The notes under the pieces were generated by a model, which saw only the letters and a list, made by a program, of their open reading frames with translations, ran no database searches and had not been told where the DNA came from. From assembly GCA_943704425.1 (NCBI GenBank), contig CALSCP010000945.1, forward strand, positions 217,165 to 281,164: a DNA stretch of 64,000 nucleotides. The letters are read 5' to 3'. The position numbers were made by a program, and so were the translations under genes. The DNA is from Ministeria vibrans ATCC 50519. Taxonomy: Eukaryota; Protista; Filasterea. Within the stretch, counting starts at the first letter, position 1; each line of letters begins with the position of its first letter. Positions 12,901-29,689 of this stretch are shown in pieces.

Positions 12901-14301
12901 TCTGCGTCTCGTAGTCGGACAGGTCGGCGGGAGTTTGCTCGGGAGAATTTGCGGCAGCAGTGGGAGCGGCAGTACGAGAAGCTGCGACAGTCGGAGGGGG
13001 AGTACTGGTCGACGACGGAGGGGCGCCGGACGGGCGCGCACGGATGGTGACGGGCGCCTGTTGCTGCTGTTGTCTTAAAAGGGCACGTGTTGACAATAAT
13101 CCACTGGCATTGCTGGCAATGGTGGGACGGGGCGGAGGAATGTCGACGGCAACAAGTCGTTCGGTCGTCGAGCGTGCCTTGGTCGCAGACGAGACCGACG
13201 ACGACGATAGTGAGGAGGGTGCTGCCTTTGGCGCAGACGACGATGCCGCTGCCCGTTTCTTTGCGGGTTCTTCAGCAGGAACGTCTTCGACGAGGTCGCC
13301 CCACGCAACCTTGGTGCTCTTCTTGGGCGCCACCTTCTGAGAATCGGGTTCCTTTTTCGTCGCAGGTGGAATTGCACTATTTTTCTGCGGCTGCTTGATA
13401 GGCTCGTCGCCAAAAATGGGTTCGTCAAAGTCCATGTCTTCGCTGGCAAGCCACTCCGAGTCGAGTGCCGATGTGGTCGTCTTCTCAATGGCTTCGGCAC
13501 GCACGGTGGAGGGACGAGCGGCGCGTCGAGAGCTGTTGCCGCTCAAAGACGCGGCTGAGGCAGAGGCCGAGCCGGACGTGGACGAGGAGGCGCTGCCAGC
13601 CTTCACGGCGCCCAACGAAGGAAACTCGCGTGCGCTCAATACAGCGTCGACGGCGGGCGTGTCCGAAAGGGTGCTGGACACATTCCACGACCGCACGGGC
13701 GCCGGCGCAACCGACGCCCCGCTGTTGCTCGCACCGCCAGCACCGGCCGCGGCAGCGCTCCCGGCCGCGGCAGCTCCAAGCGGCTGGGCTGTGGTAGACG
13801 CTGCTGCTGCAGTCGCCGCCGCCGCCGATGCCACCGCTGCCGCCGACGACGTGGCGCCAACGTCGTCGCCGGCGTGGAGCGATGCGTCGCCCTCGACAAG
13901 TTCCTTCGCGAGCATGCTTGCCGACAGAACCTGCCCTTTCAGCGCAGACACCACGCCTACACCACACCCAAAGACGTGTCAGTAAGCGCAAAAGACAGCC
14001 CCGGACGCATCCACACGGCCATGGCGCGCACAAACGAATATTCTTTTTTTTTATCAAGCACTTCCCCCACAAAAAAACGTGCAAATAAATTCCGACCATC
14101 GCCGCGCATGAGTGGAGGCGGACACACATGCACACGGGCGTGTCTGGCAGCGGTACAGGACGCAGGGCAGGCAGCACAAGCAAGAATCCCCTCTAGATCA
14201 CCTTTTGTGCGACTGGGCGCACCCAGCGTCCCCTTGGAGCGCATCCCGGACGTATTCGTCGCGCCAGCGTCCAATGACGGTGTATCTGAATCGCCGCTCA
14301 T
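9947..14301 (-). CDS. PRRC2/BAT2-like low-complexity protein with a PAM2 motif
   Basis: EFPSL motif, W..EDMDFDEPIF, a coiled coil (MRARAEAARARRERE...RALEKLAALE), PAM2-like SKFNVHATPF and polyQ tracts. Short first exon ~14203-14301. Confidence 0.65.
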
Positions 14302-14467
14302 TCAATAACTAATAATAAATCTAATTATTTATTATTCTAAACTAAATCTTCATACTATTTTTTTTCTGGCTGACTCAGCGTCTCTTTGCCTCTCTCTTGT
14401 AACATTGTTTGATCCTACTGTCTACTGAGCTCGATCAAGGCTGTCTAGTTAGTATATACTCGTTTTC

Positions 14468-14479
14468 ATGTCGGTCGAG
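14468..14479 (+). CDS. Orphan first exon (MSVE) followed by a GT donor and poly-A; rest of the gene not in the window
   Basis: ATG TCG GTC GAG|GTATAAAA..., divergent from the PRRC2-like gene. Confidence 0.3.
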
Positions 14480-14480
14480 G

Positions 14481-14515
<35 letters not shown>

Positions 14516-14528
14516 AACAATGGAAACT

Positions 14529-14610
14529 CCAAGTGATGAGTTGCGTACAAATTGGAATTACCGTACTAGTGCCCACACGGGTGTGAGTAGGATAGCGCAC
14601 GACTGATGAA
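14529..14610 (+). ncRNA. Intronic box C/D snoRNA, SNORD65/snR77-like (18S rRNA guide)
   Basis: Box C GTGATGA (14533-14539) and box D CTGA (14603-14606). TGGAATTACCG (14553-14563) is complementary to the conserved 18S sequence CGGTAATTCCA. Lies ~80 nt upstream of the RBM39 3' splice site. Confidence 0.65.
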
Positions 14611-14687
14611 CCTTTTTTTCATTAATTTTCATTTTGTCCTTTTTGCTTCATCTCATCTCACTCTAAATGTGTGTGTGTGTTTTGTAG

Positions 14688-16282
14688 GAAGAGCGGATGA
14701 TCCGCACCGTGATGGTATCGCACCTGCACGCGCGCGCCCGGTCCAACGACCTGCGTGAGTTCTTCAAGCCTGCTGGCCGTATTCGCGATGTGGTCATTGT
14801 CGGTGACAAAAACTCTCGCACCAAAGGTTGGAAAACATTATTTTTATGTTGTGTTTTGCTGTCTGTCGTTGTGTGTGCGTGTTTTGTTTTTGTGTCGTCT
14901 TTTATTGTCCTACCCTGTTTGTTGATTGCTTCTCCTTCGTCATAGTTTCAAAAGGCTGAGAGAAAAAAAGTGTTTTTTTTTTGGGTTAGCACTGAAAAAG
15001 CAAAACACACAACAAAAGCACAGTCAATCAAACCTGCCCTTCTTCTCATAGCACGCACGCATTTAAAAACACGTTTGTGTCCCATGCGCGGGTCGTTCCT
15101 ACGAGTGTGCCAAACAACAGAGAAAAGACATTTTGTGTGTGGTTGTGTGCCTCGTCTTGTATGTGTTGTGTTCTGTTTGCATAGGGAAAGCTCATTTGTC
15201 GCGCGTGCGCCTCTCTCTGTGTTGGTTTGTCTACTCACAATCTTGTTTGTTTTTGCTTCTCTTCTTTTCTCACCTCGTATTCAGGAGTTGCGTATGTTGA
15301 GTTTTATGAGCTAGACTCGACGAACCGCGCCATTGCCATGTCGGGACAGCCCCTCATGGGGATGGCACTGATTGTGCAGGAGACGCAGGCACACAAGAAT
15401 TTGCTGGCCGAGATGCAGGCCAAGGCGAACGTGGTGCGTCCCGCCGGTCCGTCGCGTCTTGCCGTCTCCAATGTGCACGCATCACTCGAGAGCAACGACC
15501 TCAAGCTCATCTTTGAGCCGTTTGGAGCGCTCTCCGAAGTGACGCTGGACCGTGACGTGGCCGGTCACAGTCGTGGTTCGGGCATTGTGGCCTTTCGCGA
15601 CCGTGCCGATGCGACCAAGGCCCTTGAGCAGCTTGATGGCTTTGTGCTGACTGGTCAGCCTCTTGCTATCACCTGGGCGCCAGAGGTCGCCGACGTTTCC
15701 CATTCCGCACCCACTTCCCTCGACGAGAGTGACAATGGCGTGGCACTGACTGCGTCCGCTCGCTTCCAGCTCATGGCCAAACTTGCTCAGAGTGGTGGTG
15801 GTGTTAGTCAGATGGGCCTGTCGTCGCAGCCGATTCTCTCTGCGGCCACGACGGCTGCTGCGGCTGCGTTTGGTGCGCCTACCATAGCCGTTGGCGCCCC
15901 TGGCGCTCCTCACATGGCCGTCAGTGGTGACTCTTCACTGAGTTCGGGTCTGTCGGTGTGTCCCGATCCGACACCTTTTGTTCTGCTCAAGAACATGTTT
16001 GACCCGGCCAAGGAGACGGAAGAGGGTTGGGAGCAAGATATTCGTGACGATACGCTCGATGAGTGTTCCAAATACGGTCCTATTTTGCACATTTTTGTCG
16101 ATCCCAAATCCCAGGGATTCGTCTACCTTAAGTTTGCCACTGCGGAGGCCGCACAGGCCGCCCAGCGTGCCCTCCATGGCCGTCATTTTGCCGGTCTGCT
16201 TGTCGTTGCCGATTTTCTTGTTGCAAACGACTACTTTCGTCTCTTTCCCGCTGCGGAAAGTGCGACTCAGCCTTTGCAGTAA
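14688..16282 (+). CDS. RBM39: RBM39/CAPER, C-terminal part (exons 14688-14826 and 15285-16282; RRM1, RRM2, UHM)
   Basis: RTVMVSHL...DLREFF, KGVAYVEF, IFEPFG, ALEQLDGF and LKNMFDP...GWEQDIRDD...ALHGRHFAG match RBM39. Confidence 0.93.
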
Positions 16283-16498
16283 CAGATTCTCGAATACACA
16301 CATCAAGCACCACTTCGTAATTGACAATCCTTCATGAGTTTTATCATTTGACTGAAAGTCGCACACTCCTCCAGAAGCCCCTAGCCAGCTGGGACGGGGG
16401 TTTTTTTTTTGGAAACTGGAAAGTCAAAAGTCTGTCAGAACCAAAAAATTGAAAAATAAAAATAAATAATAGTGAGTTTAGTAACAAAAATTCTTTGA

Positions 16499-16997
16499 AT
16501 GTCGAGTGAATCGATGCAGTCGACCCCCAAGGGTATGTCAAGTGCCAGCTCGGTTGTGAGTTTTCGCAGGAAAAAGCCTCGTTTTCAGGGCGAGATTCTG
16601 TGCAAGACATCCAACACCTTCTCGTCATGGAGACACCGCTGGCTCTACATCGACGGCTGCGAAGGATGCATCGTGAACAAAAAGGGCGACAAAGTAAGGG
16701 GCAGCTGTGCCAATGGCGTGCCGGTGTCAAAAAATAAAATAAAATATAAAAATCTGCCGTTCGCTCACGTGAACGCCCCCGCCCACCTGGCCCACGCCGT
16801 CCACTGACACCTTGCCTGTGTTTGTGTAGTCGTCGGGCTACATCATCGCATTGCCGTCGGCCAAACTCGATTTCTTACCACAGAAAAACCAAATCGACAT
16901 TCGACTGCCGGTCAAATTGCACGCAACAAAGGTTCGCGATTGATGCACTAGCCACCGCGCCCCATTCGTCGCTGTGCTGATGTGAATCTGCACATGC

Positions 16998-17064
<67 letters not shown>

Positions 17065-20000
17065 TGTGTGTGTGTGTGTGTGGCGCGCGCTCGTCAGCTC
17101 ACCCTCCTCTGCTCTCTGTGTAGTACTACATTCGCGTCAAGTCCGCCAACGAGTTTCAGTGTTGGATGACTGTCTTGAAGCGCGCGCAAACATACAAAGA
17201 AGTGCGCCGCGACTCTGGTAGGGATTCCTTATCATCTCCACTGTCTCAAGAAGGAGACAGAAAAGTAGAGGAGTCTAACACTCATATATTGTGCGTGTAA
17301 CGCTAGGGAGTGTGGTAGACAAGACGACCGTGCTCGAGGGTTCGCTCGACGACGCCCCTACAACTGCCGATCTGATGCGCGGCCAGGGAAGGTCGCCTGA
17401 GAACAGCGAACTTGACGAGGACTCGGACGATGAGTCGGTCTGGGACGACCGTGTCGGTGCTGGTACACACACACACACAAAAAAAAAACATTAATTTTTT
17501 ATTTGTGTACTCAGACGACTTGCCTGGAACTGAGCGGGACGAACAGATCGCGCAGCGAATGGAAACGTTGGTGAAGCAAATGTTACACATGACAGCAGAA
17601 ATGATGGCAGACACATCAATGAGCATCGCTCAGCAACGACGCGTAGCAGAGCTCAACGGCACAACGGCAGACCTCAAAGTCGCCATGTTGGGTATTCAAA
17701 GCCTCTTTCTTTCTCTCCGTCGTTTGTACGTCGTTCTGACTGTTGTTTGGTTTGTTTGGTTGTGTGTGTAGATTACACTGAGTCGCTTGAGATGAAGGCC
17801 AATCTGTGGTACCGTCGGTGCACACAGCAGACGCGACGCAGACAGACCATGGAGGTATACTGTGCGACTGAAACCTCACTCATCCTGTGCTGACTCTGTA
17901 TGTTTCTTTTTTTTTCTCTCTCTCTCTTTCTATTTTTCTTTGTGATTAGGCGACGGTCAACAATCTGGCGACAGAGCAGCATCGACTGGAAATTAAGAGC
18001 AAATGGGCGGCAGAGGGTCTCACCCAGGCAGAAATCGAACACAAACTCACTGGTACACACACACACACACACAGCACAGTCACTCATGTCTGCCCCTCTC
18101 TCGTTGTGTTTTATTTTGCAGAGGGCGACTCTGACTCGGAAGACATCTACTACGATGCAATGGAGCCGCGCAAGTCGCTTTTTGAATCCGGGTCTGACGG
18201 TTACTCCTCTCCAAAACCCATTGCTCGGTACTTTTTTTTTCTCTTGTTCTTGTTTTTCTTCTTCTCTCTCACACACTCTTTTGTTTGTTTAGGCGCACTC
18301 ACCTTCCTGCTGACAGGTCGCAGAATAAGTTCAGTGTGTGGAAACTACTCAAAGTACGCAAAGTGACGAACACTGAAGACGTTTTGAACATACGATATAA
18401 ATTATACTCTAGGACAACATTGGAAAAGACCTGTCGAAGATTGCAATGCCGGTTGTGCTGAACGAGCCACTGAGTGCACTGCAGCGCTTCAGCGAAGATC
18501 TGGAGTACTCACACCTGCTGGATCTGGCATGCGAGACGGAAGACCCAGCACTGCGCATTGCGTACGACGCGCGTGCACACGACTTTAAACTCACATCCAC
18601 TCAATTTATCCGGGGGTTTTCTCTTTATCTGTTCCAGGTACGTTGCTGTGTTTGCAATTGCGAGCAATGGGAGCACTGTGGGGCGACTGGGAAAGCCATT
18701 CAACCCGCTCTTGGGCGAAACCTTTGAGCTTCTGATGCCCGAGCTGGGATTCAGAGCCATCAGCGAACAGGTTTGACTATCAGACTCACTTTTCACCGAC
18801 ACCGGCGAATGTTAATGGTCGTTTTGTGTCTTGCAATTTCAAACATTGGTTCAGGTGAGCCATCATCCGCCAATTTCAGCGCACTTCGCAGAGGGGCAGA
18901 ACGGCTGGCAGTGGTGGAAGCAAGTGCAGGTCAAGAACAAGTTCAGGGGGAAGGACATGGACGTCTTTCCGGCGGGACACAGGTACGAAATAAGAGCTAA
19001 AGGGGCTGCGATAGAGGCATCACTGATTTTTTTTTATACTTACTCTATAATGCCAGCCATGTGCGTCTGAAAGCGTTTGACAACGAGCACTATACATGGG
19101 AGAAGAACACCACTACCGTCGTCAATGTCATTGTGGGCACAATGTGGATCGACAATGTACATCTCGTGCGCTCTTTCCTTGTTCTATTCTTACTCCATCT
19201 TCTTTGTTTCTAGTCGGGTGAAATTCGAGTGCAAAACCACCAGAATGGGTTTTACTGCATCATCAAAATGAAGCGCTACTCATACTTTGCAAAGGTACCA
19301 ACGCAAATCACATCTCAAAGGTTTCCATGCTGAAGCAACATAATATTAATGAAGACGAGTGTGGGGCGCGTGGAGGCAACAGTGTACTCTCCATCAGGGC
19401 AGGAGTGCTACGTCGTCGACGGCAAGTGGACCGATGCGCTTTACCTGCGACGCGCCGGCGATGCGGAGGAGGCGGGTCGCTGCGTGTGGAAGCGCAACGA
19501 GCTCCCGGTGTCCACCGACCGCCAGTTCAACTTCACATCCTTTGCCATGATGCTCAATGAGGTAAATAACACACACACGCACATACACAAGATAAATTGT
19601 GATTGTTTTTTTTCGTTCATCCACTAAAATCAATTCTTGTATTCTTGTGGTGTGTGAAGGCTGTTCCGGGCATGAAGAGTGGGGTGGTTGCGCCGACCGA
19701 CTCGCGTCTGCGTCCCGACCAGCGATTCTTTGAAGGGGGCGATCTGGTCGCAGCGCAGAAGGAGAAGAGTCGGCTCGAGGAGAAGCAGCGTGCGGCCCGT
19801 CGCATGCGCGAGGCTAACGGTACGCCCATCTCACTTTGGTGTTTTGCTTTCTTTTCTCTCTTTCTTTTCTCGTTCTCTCGGTTTTGTTTCAACACGCACT
19901 CTTTCTTATTCTTCCTCTTTTGTGCGGTACACATTTCTGTTCCCTTTCAGGCGAGGTACTATGACATGAAAACGTCTCTTTTTTTATCTGACACAATTAT

Positions 20001-20136
20001 TTAGGAGTTTTCGCCGCGCTGGTTCAGAATGGTGGAAGACGATGATTTGAGCGGACAGCCCACGTGGGTGACCAAGGGAGATTACTTTGACCATCGCATG
20101 GGGCAGGACTGGCAGGACTGTCTTGACATTTTCTGA
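16499..20136 (+). CDS. Oxysterol-binding protein-related protein (PH domain, FFAT-like motif, ORD), many introns
   Basis: N-terminal PH-like exon, FFAT-like [42 protein letters not shown] (split by an intron), [12 protein letters not shown]-terminal WQDCLDIF*. Confidence 0.93.
17003..17082. repeat. (GT)n microsatellite in an intron
   Basis: Direct observation. Confidence 0.95.
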
Positions 20137-20177
20137 CGTGTACCGGACCGCACTTGCACAGTACACAGACTGCACAA

Positions 20178-20814
20178 TCATTTCTTACACACTCGCAACT
20201 TGAGCCATTGAAGAATCGCTTGCTCGCCTGTCGTGTCACTCATTTTTAGCATACTGCATTCGACTATATGCAAGGGTCGATTGGTGGAGAGTTCGTCAAG
20301 GCGCAGCAGTTGACGACATTGTGCCAGTCCATCACTGTCGCATACATCACTATAATAATAATAATAATAACAGTTAGAATCGCCTCACTCGTCTTTTGAT
20401 TTTCACTCGTACGCCTTGTTCAGGACCACCAGCAAGGGGTTTGCGTCAGCCTCCTTGTTCTCCAGCAGCGCCCACAGCTCCGTCGCCGCACTTGCCGTCT
20501 GCGACCCGTTGCTTGCGTCGACCACGAACACCACAGCGACACAATCTCCATAGTAATCTCGCCACACAGGCGCCATACAGCCCCCCAGCTCTTGAAGAGT
20601 CACGCCAACATCGCCTAGCACGTCCGCGTACTCCACTCCAATGGTCGGAAACAGCGCGGGTGGCCAGACGGCGTCCGCTTGAAATGGGTCGCCTAAACAG
20701 TTTGTGTAATGCGCTTTTTTTGGTGAGAAAAATTTCCACCTTACCTCTCAAGCGTCTGAGTAAAACACTCTTTCCAACACCCACGGGCCCTATAACAACC
20801 ACTTGGTCCATCAT
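20178..20814 (-). CDS. ARL16: ADP-ribosylation factor-like GTPase ARL16
   Basis: GPVGVGKS P-loop, PTIG, the ARL16-diagnostic ELGGCM.P.W..YY, and VVLNK. 3 exons. Confidence 0.85.
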
Positions 20815-21099
20815 CCTAGTTGAAAAAAAGTGACAGGACAGAGATTGAGAGTCAAACTGACTGATAGTTTCAAAATGAGAAAAAGACAAATCGTTCGATT
20901 GGCCGTCATTGCCGCGAGGGTTGACTTAGTTTATTCAGTTAAGCGTTAACAAGGGGTTAATCAAGCTACACTCGTTTCACCATAATTATTGTAGTATTTA
21001 CACTCAGTTACTTAGTTTGATATTAATTTTTTACTCCCAATAGGCAATAATAAATAATAATTAATATTATTATAATATTATTATTATTATATATTGAGA

Positions 21100-25851
<4,752 letters not shown>

Positions 25852-26053
25852 TAATAATATTTTAGTTATCTTTATCAAGGAGCAAGCCTCTTTTCGTTGT
25901 TGCTTGTTTCAAGAAGACGAAGTTTTATTCGATAGTGGGTTAAATTAAGCTAAAATTTTATTGTTCAGGATGCGGAACAAAAGTAGACGAAAAGGCAAAC
26001 AAACATAAACACACAACGCGACAAAGAGGGAGTAGAGAGAACCAACTTGGGAA

Positions 26054-28228
26054 TCATCGCGAAGTGCGCTGTTGTGCAAGAGTGAGCTGAAGGGCAGCAA
26101 GTGAGTAGCGTTCGTGACGGTGACGGGCGAGCATGTCACGGTGAGCCGACGCGTAGTGCTGAACGAGCGTCGCAATGCGCTCGTCGACGGACGAAAACGA
26201 GTTGACCTGTGGCAGTGTGTCACTTGGAAGCGACTGGTGTTGTGGTCTCATGGGCTGCACCTCTGAGCGGCTCAGGGCAATGAGACGTGCACAGTCGCGT
26301 TCTTTCGCTTCTAGCAGTTGCGACAGTTCGCTGCGTTGTCTAGAGAGAGTACTATTGTTACAAGAGCCCTGACTGAGATGGAAGTTTGATACCGTTCTCC
26401 GAGCTGCTCTTGGGCAGTAGGCGCAGGAGTGTGGTAGCTGATGGGTGCGTAGTCACACGCTGACACGGCGCTTGGAGCAGACGACTATGAAGAACAAACA
26501 AGAAAGGGCTGTGAATGGACACGCGCGCGATTTGTGTGTTAATTTTGTTTGGCACGACGTACTTCTTTGAGTTGGAACAGACTCAAAGCACATTCGCGTT
26601 CTGAGGCAGTAAACTGCAAAGAAATGAAAAGATTTAGAGAGCTTTTTTTTTTGGGGAGTCGTGGTTTCAGTATACTCTCGTGGGAAACGGAGGAAGATCG
26701 AAAGTGTCGTCTTCGTCTTCGGTCATGTCGGAAGAAGGAGCCGTAGGGGCAGTGGCAGCAGCAGTAGCAGCAGCAACAGTAGCAGCAGCAGAAACAACAG
26801 CAGAAGCAGCAGTAGTAGTAGTGGTCGTAGAGGTGGCCGTGGATGACGAGACAGGGGTCCAGGGAGTGGGATTGAAGGAGAGAGACGGAGCGGGTGGTTT
26901 GCGACTGACAGGTGCGGATGTGGTGGAGGGCGCAGAAGGTGCTGACGTGGATGGCGCATTGAGGTCGCGGGTTCTCACACGGGACACTTTGGCAGGTTTG
27001 ATGGACTGTGTTTTGACGGGGCTCAACGAGCGCTGTTCTTCCAAGGGCTTTTGCGGCGAAGAAAGCGCTGACAGCGAAAGTGGTTCGCCGTTGGAGAACA
27101 TGGCAAGAATGTGCGAGATGTTTTTGTTTGCGGCGACATCGCAGGGCGTTTTCCCGGCTTTGTTGCGCGCCATGGGATTTGCACCGTGTTTGAGAAGGAG
27201 ACGCACAATGTTGAGGTGACCGTTGACCGCGGCGTCGTGCAAGGGAGTGTCCTTGCCGAGTCCCAGAGCATTCACGTCGGCGCCTCGAGCCACCAGACAC
27301 CGAGCAATCTCAAAGTAGCCGTGATTCGATGCCTCGTGAAGCGAGGTCCAGCCTGCGTAATCCTTGGCGTTGACATCTGCGCCCGCCTCGATGAGTTCTT
27401 CGACGCGTTCGAGATCGCCTTCGATGGCGGCCACCTTGTATGTGTTTTTTTGTGGTGAATGAGGAGGGAAGGGGTATTAGTCGATGAGACAGGGGAAACG
27501 GGGGATGTTTGTACCTGGAGAGGCGATTCGCCGCGACCGTTTTTGCTGTTGACCTTGACCGGCTTAGCTTTGGCCTTGAGTTTCTCGTCTAGTTTCGCTA
27601 GCAACGCCAGTTGCTGACGTTCGGTGAGGGCTGCGGGAACGACGTGCCCCGGTGCATCTGCAAGCATGCGTGCAGCCTCGTCCAGCATGGTTTCGTCGGC
27701 GCCGCGGCGTGCTCGTTTGGAGGCGGGCGTGGACGAAGAGCGCGCTGATGATGCTGATGCTGATGCTGATGCTGATGCTGATGCTGAGGTTGATGTCGAC
27801 TGTTTCGGTGGCTCAGTCTGCTTATTGGCGTCGCTGGACTCGCTGGCGGCGGCGCCCGTAAAGTCAAGCTTCCTTTTTAGCGACTGCGAGACAAGGGAGG
27901 AGTCAGAGGAGGCGGCGCTGGCTGTTTTGGGCAGTTGCGCCTTGGACGTTTTTCGGGGCGGCCCGCGCGGCTCCAACGGATCCTGCTGGGGCTCGCTGGG
28001 CGGGTCTGGGGCGCTCTCGGACGGATGGGAGGAGGAAAGACTCGGGGACTGCCCGTTGGCGGCCGTCGGCTGGGCCGGTGGGGGCGACAGAGAGAGCGAG
28101 CGGTCCATGAACGACGTCGAGTCGGAAACGGCCGTTGACTTTTTCGCCAGAGACGCCGCGACGGGCGTCTGGTCAGCCGTCGGCGCCATGGCCATCAGCG
28201 TGTCGCCTTGGAAACCCTGCTCACTCAT
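26054..28228 (-). CDS. Compact ANKRD11/ANKRD12-like ankyrin-repeat cofactor
   Basis: LTERQQLALL (cf. LSERQQVALL), then VNSKNGRGESPL...AAIEGD...GADVNAKDYAGWTSLHEASNHGY...DTPLHDAAVNGH, and C-terminal MLARHRHERYSLAALQ. Confidence 0.85.
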
Positions 28229-28583
28229 CAGGGGCACGGATTGCTGACTTTTTTTTTCTTCTCGTTTTCAATTTTGGCGCCCAAACGATTGGAAAAAAAA
28301 ATTAATTGAGATTTGAGTTGAATAAAAAAATGATGTAAAAATTAAAAAGCGGAAATCGCAACGAATGATTGAATCGTCGGACTTGAGACAGTAAAAAATT
28401 GTAGACGATTATTATTGTAGAACTAAGAAGTGAGAACAGTGAGTTGGAACACTAGAATGTAGAATGGAGAAACTATTCGAATTTCGATCAATTTTTGTAG
28501 TGAAGATCGCTCATCGCTCTCTCTTAATACTGCTGCTACTTGATCATTTGCAGACTGTACTCACTGTGGTGGCATTGTAAGCC

Positions 28584-29314
28584 ATGGAAGACGCTTTTGG
28601 AGACGAGGTATGATTGCAGCGGCGTTGCGTTGGCAACCGCGTGTGGTGCTGTTCCGCTGTCTTTTGAGGTGTGTCCACCTTCGCCAGAGCCCGGTGCATT
28701 GTTGTGTATCTGCATGCTATGGATTTGAGAGGAGGAACGAAAGGCGGAGAGAGAGAAATGGAAAAGGTTTGCACAATTTGAGACTTTTCGTGTTCCTTTC
28801 TTGCGCCCCTCGTACTATAGACGGCGTTTGTGACGGAAGAAGTCAACGTGATAGTGAAAGAGGTAAGAAGGCGCTGGTCAGGGAGCGACGGGGTGACTCG
28901 AGTTGATCTATGTGTGCGCATGCGGTGGTTGCCTAGACGATTGAAGGCGCACTGGGCACACAGCACTACCAGCAGGCGAAGATTGGACAGTGGACAAACA
29001 CCGTTGTCGAGCAGTGCTTGAAGAAGCTTACTGCACTGGGGAAGCCCTTTAAATACGTGGGTAAGGAGCAGGAAGAGGAGGAGAAGGAGGAGGCGAGCGA
29101 CCTCTGATGTTTTCTTAGTGACCACCACTATAATGCAAAAGAACGGTGCCGGATTGCACACGGCAAGTTCGTGTCACTGGGACAACTCGACGGACGGTAC
29201 ATGAAAGTCACTCGAAGACCAATTGTAGTCACTGTTTTTGCAGGGAGTTGTTCGGTGCGATGGGAAAACAAAACGATGCATTGTGTCACGAGTGTGTATG
29301 GTCTTGCGATTTGA
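28584..29314 (+). CDS. DYNLT1: Dynein light chain Tctex-type 1 (5 exons)
   Basis: Spliced product: [29 protein letters not shown]...[73 protein letters not shown]. Confidence 0.95.
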
Positions 29315-29689
29315 ACGGTGTTCCGCCACGCGACTGCGCCACCGCCTTCTTCTTGACTCAACCTTGAACTGTATGATAAAAAGAAAATGAAATTGGTTTC
29401 ATTTCCATTGCGTTGTCGATGCGGTGGGGGACGGATGCAGTTAGTGCGTGCAGATGAGGTGAGGCGGTGCGGAAGATGGCGGGAGACGACGAGAAGAATG
29501 CTCTACTAGTACAGTAGTCAGTAGTAGACTAGTAGTAAGTTATTTGTTAGTCACCCACAGGGCACGCATGTATTAGTGCTTTGTCTCGTACCAAGCCAGG
29601 ACATCTTTCCAATCTGAACCAAAATAAATGTTGATTGAAAAGTTCCGAATATATTAAAACTAATTATATTTATTATTGCAGCTCTTCAC

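Noticed and set aside
14402-14484. Possible minus-strand H/ACA snoRNA (two hairpins, ATACTA, ACA)
   Set aside because: The hairpins are only ~30 nt with no clear pseudouridylation pocket. The region is better explained as a promoter/5' UTR.
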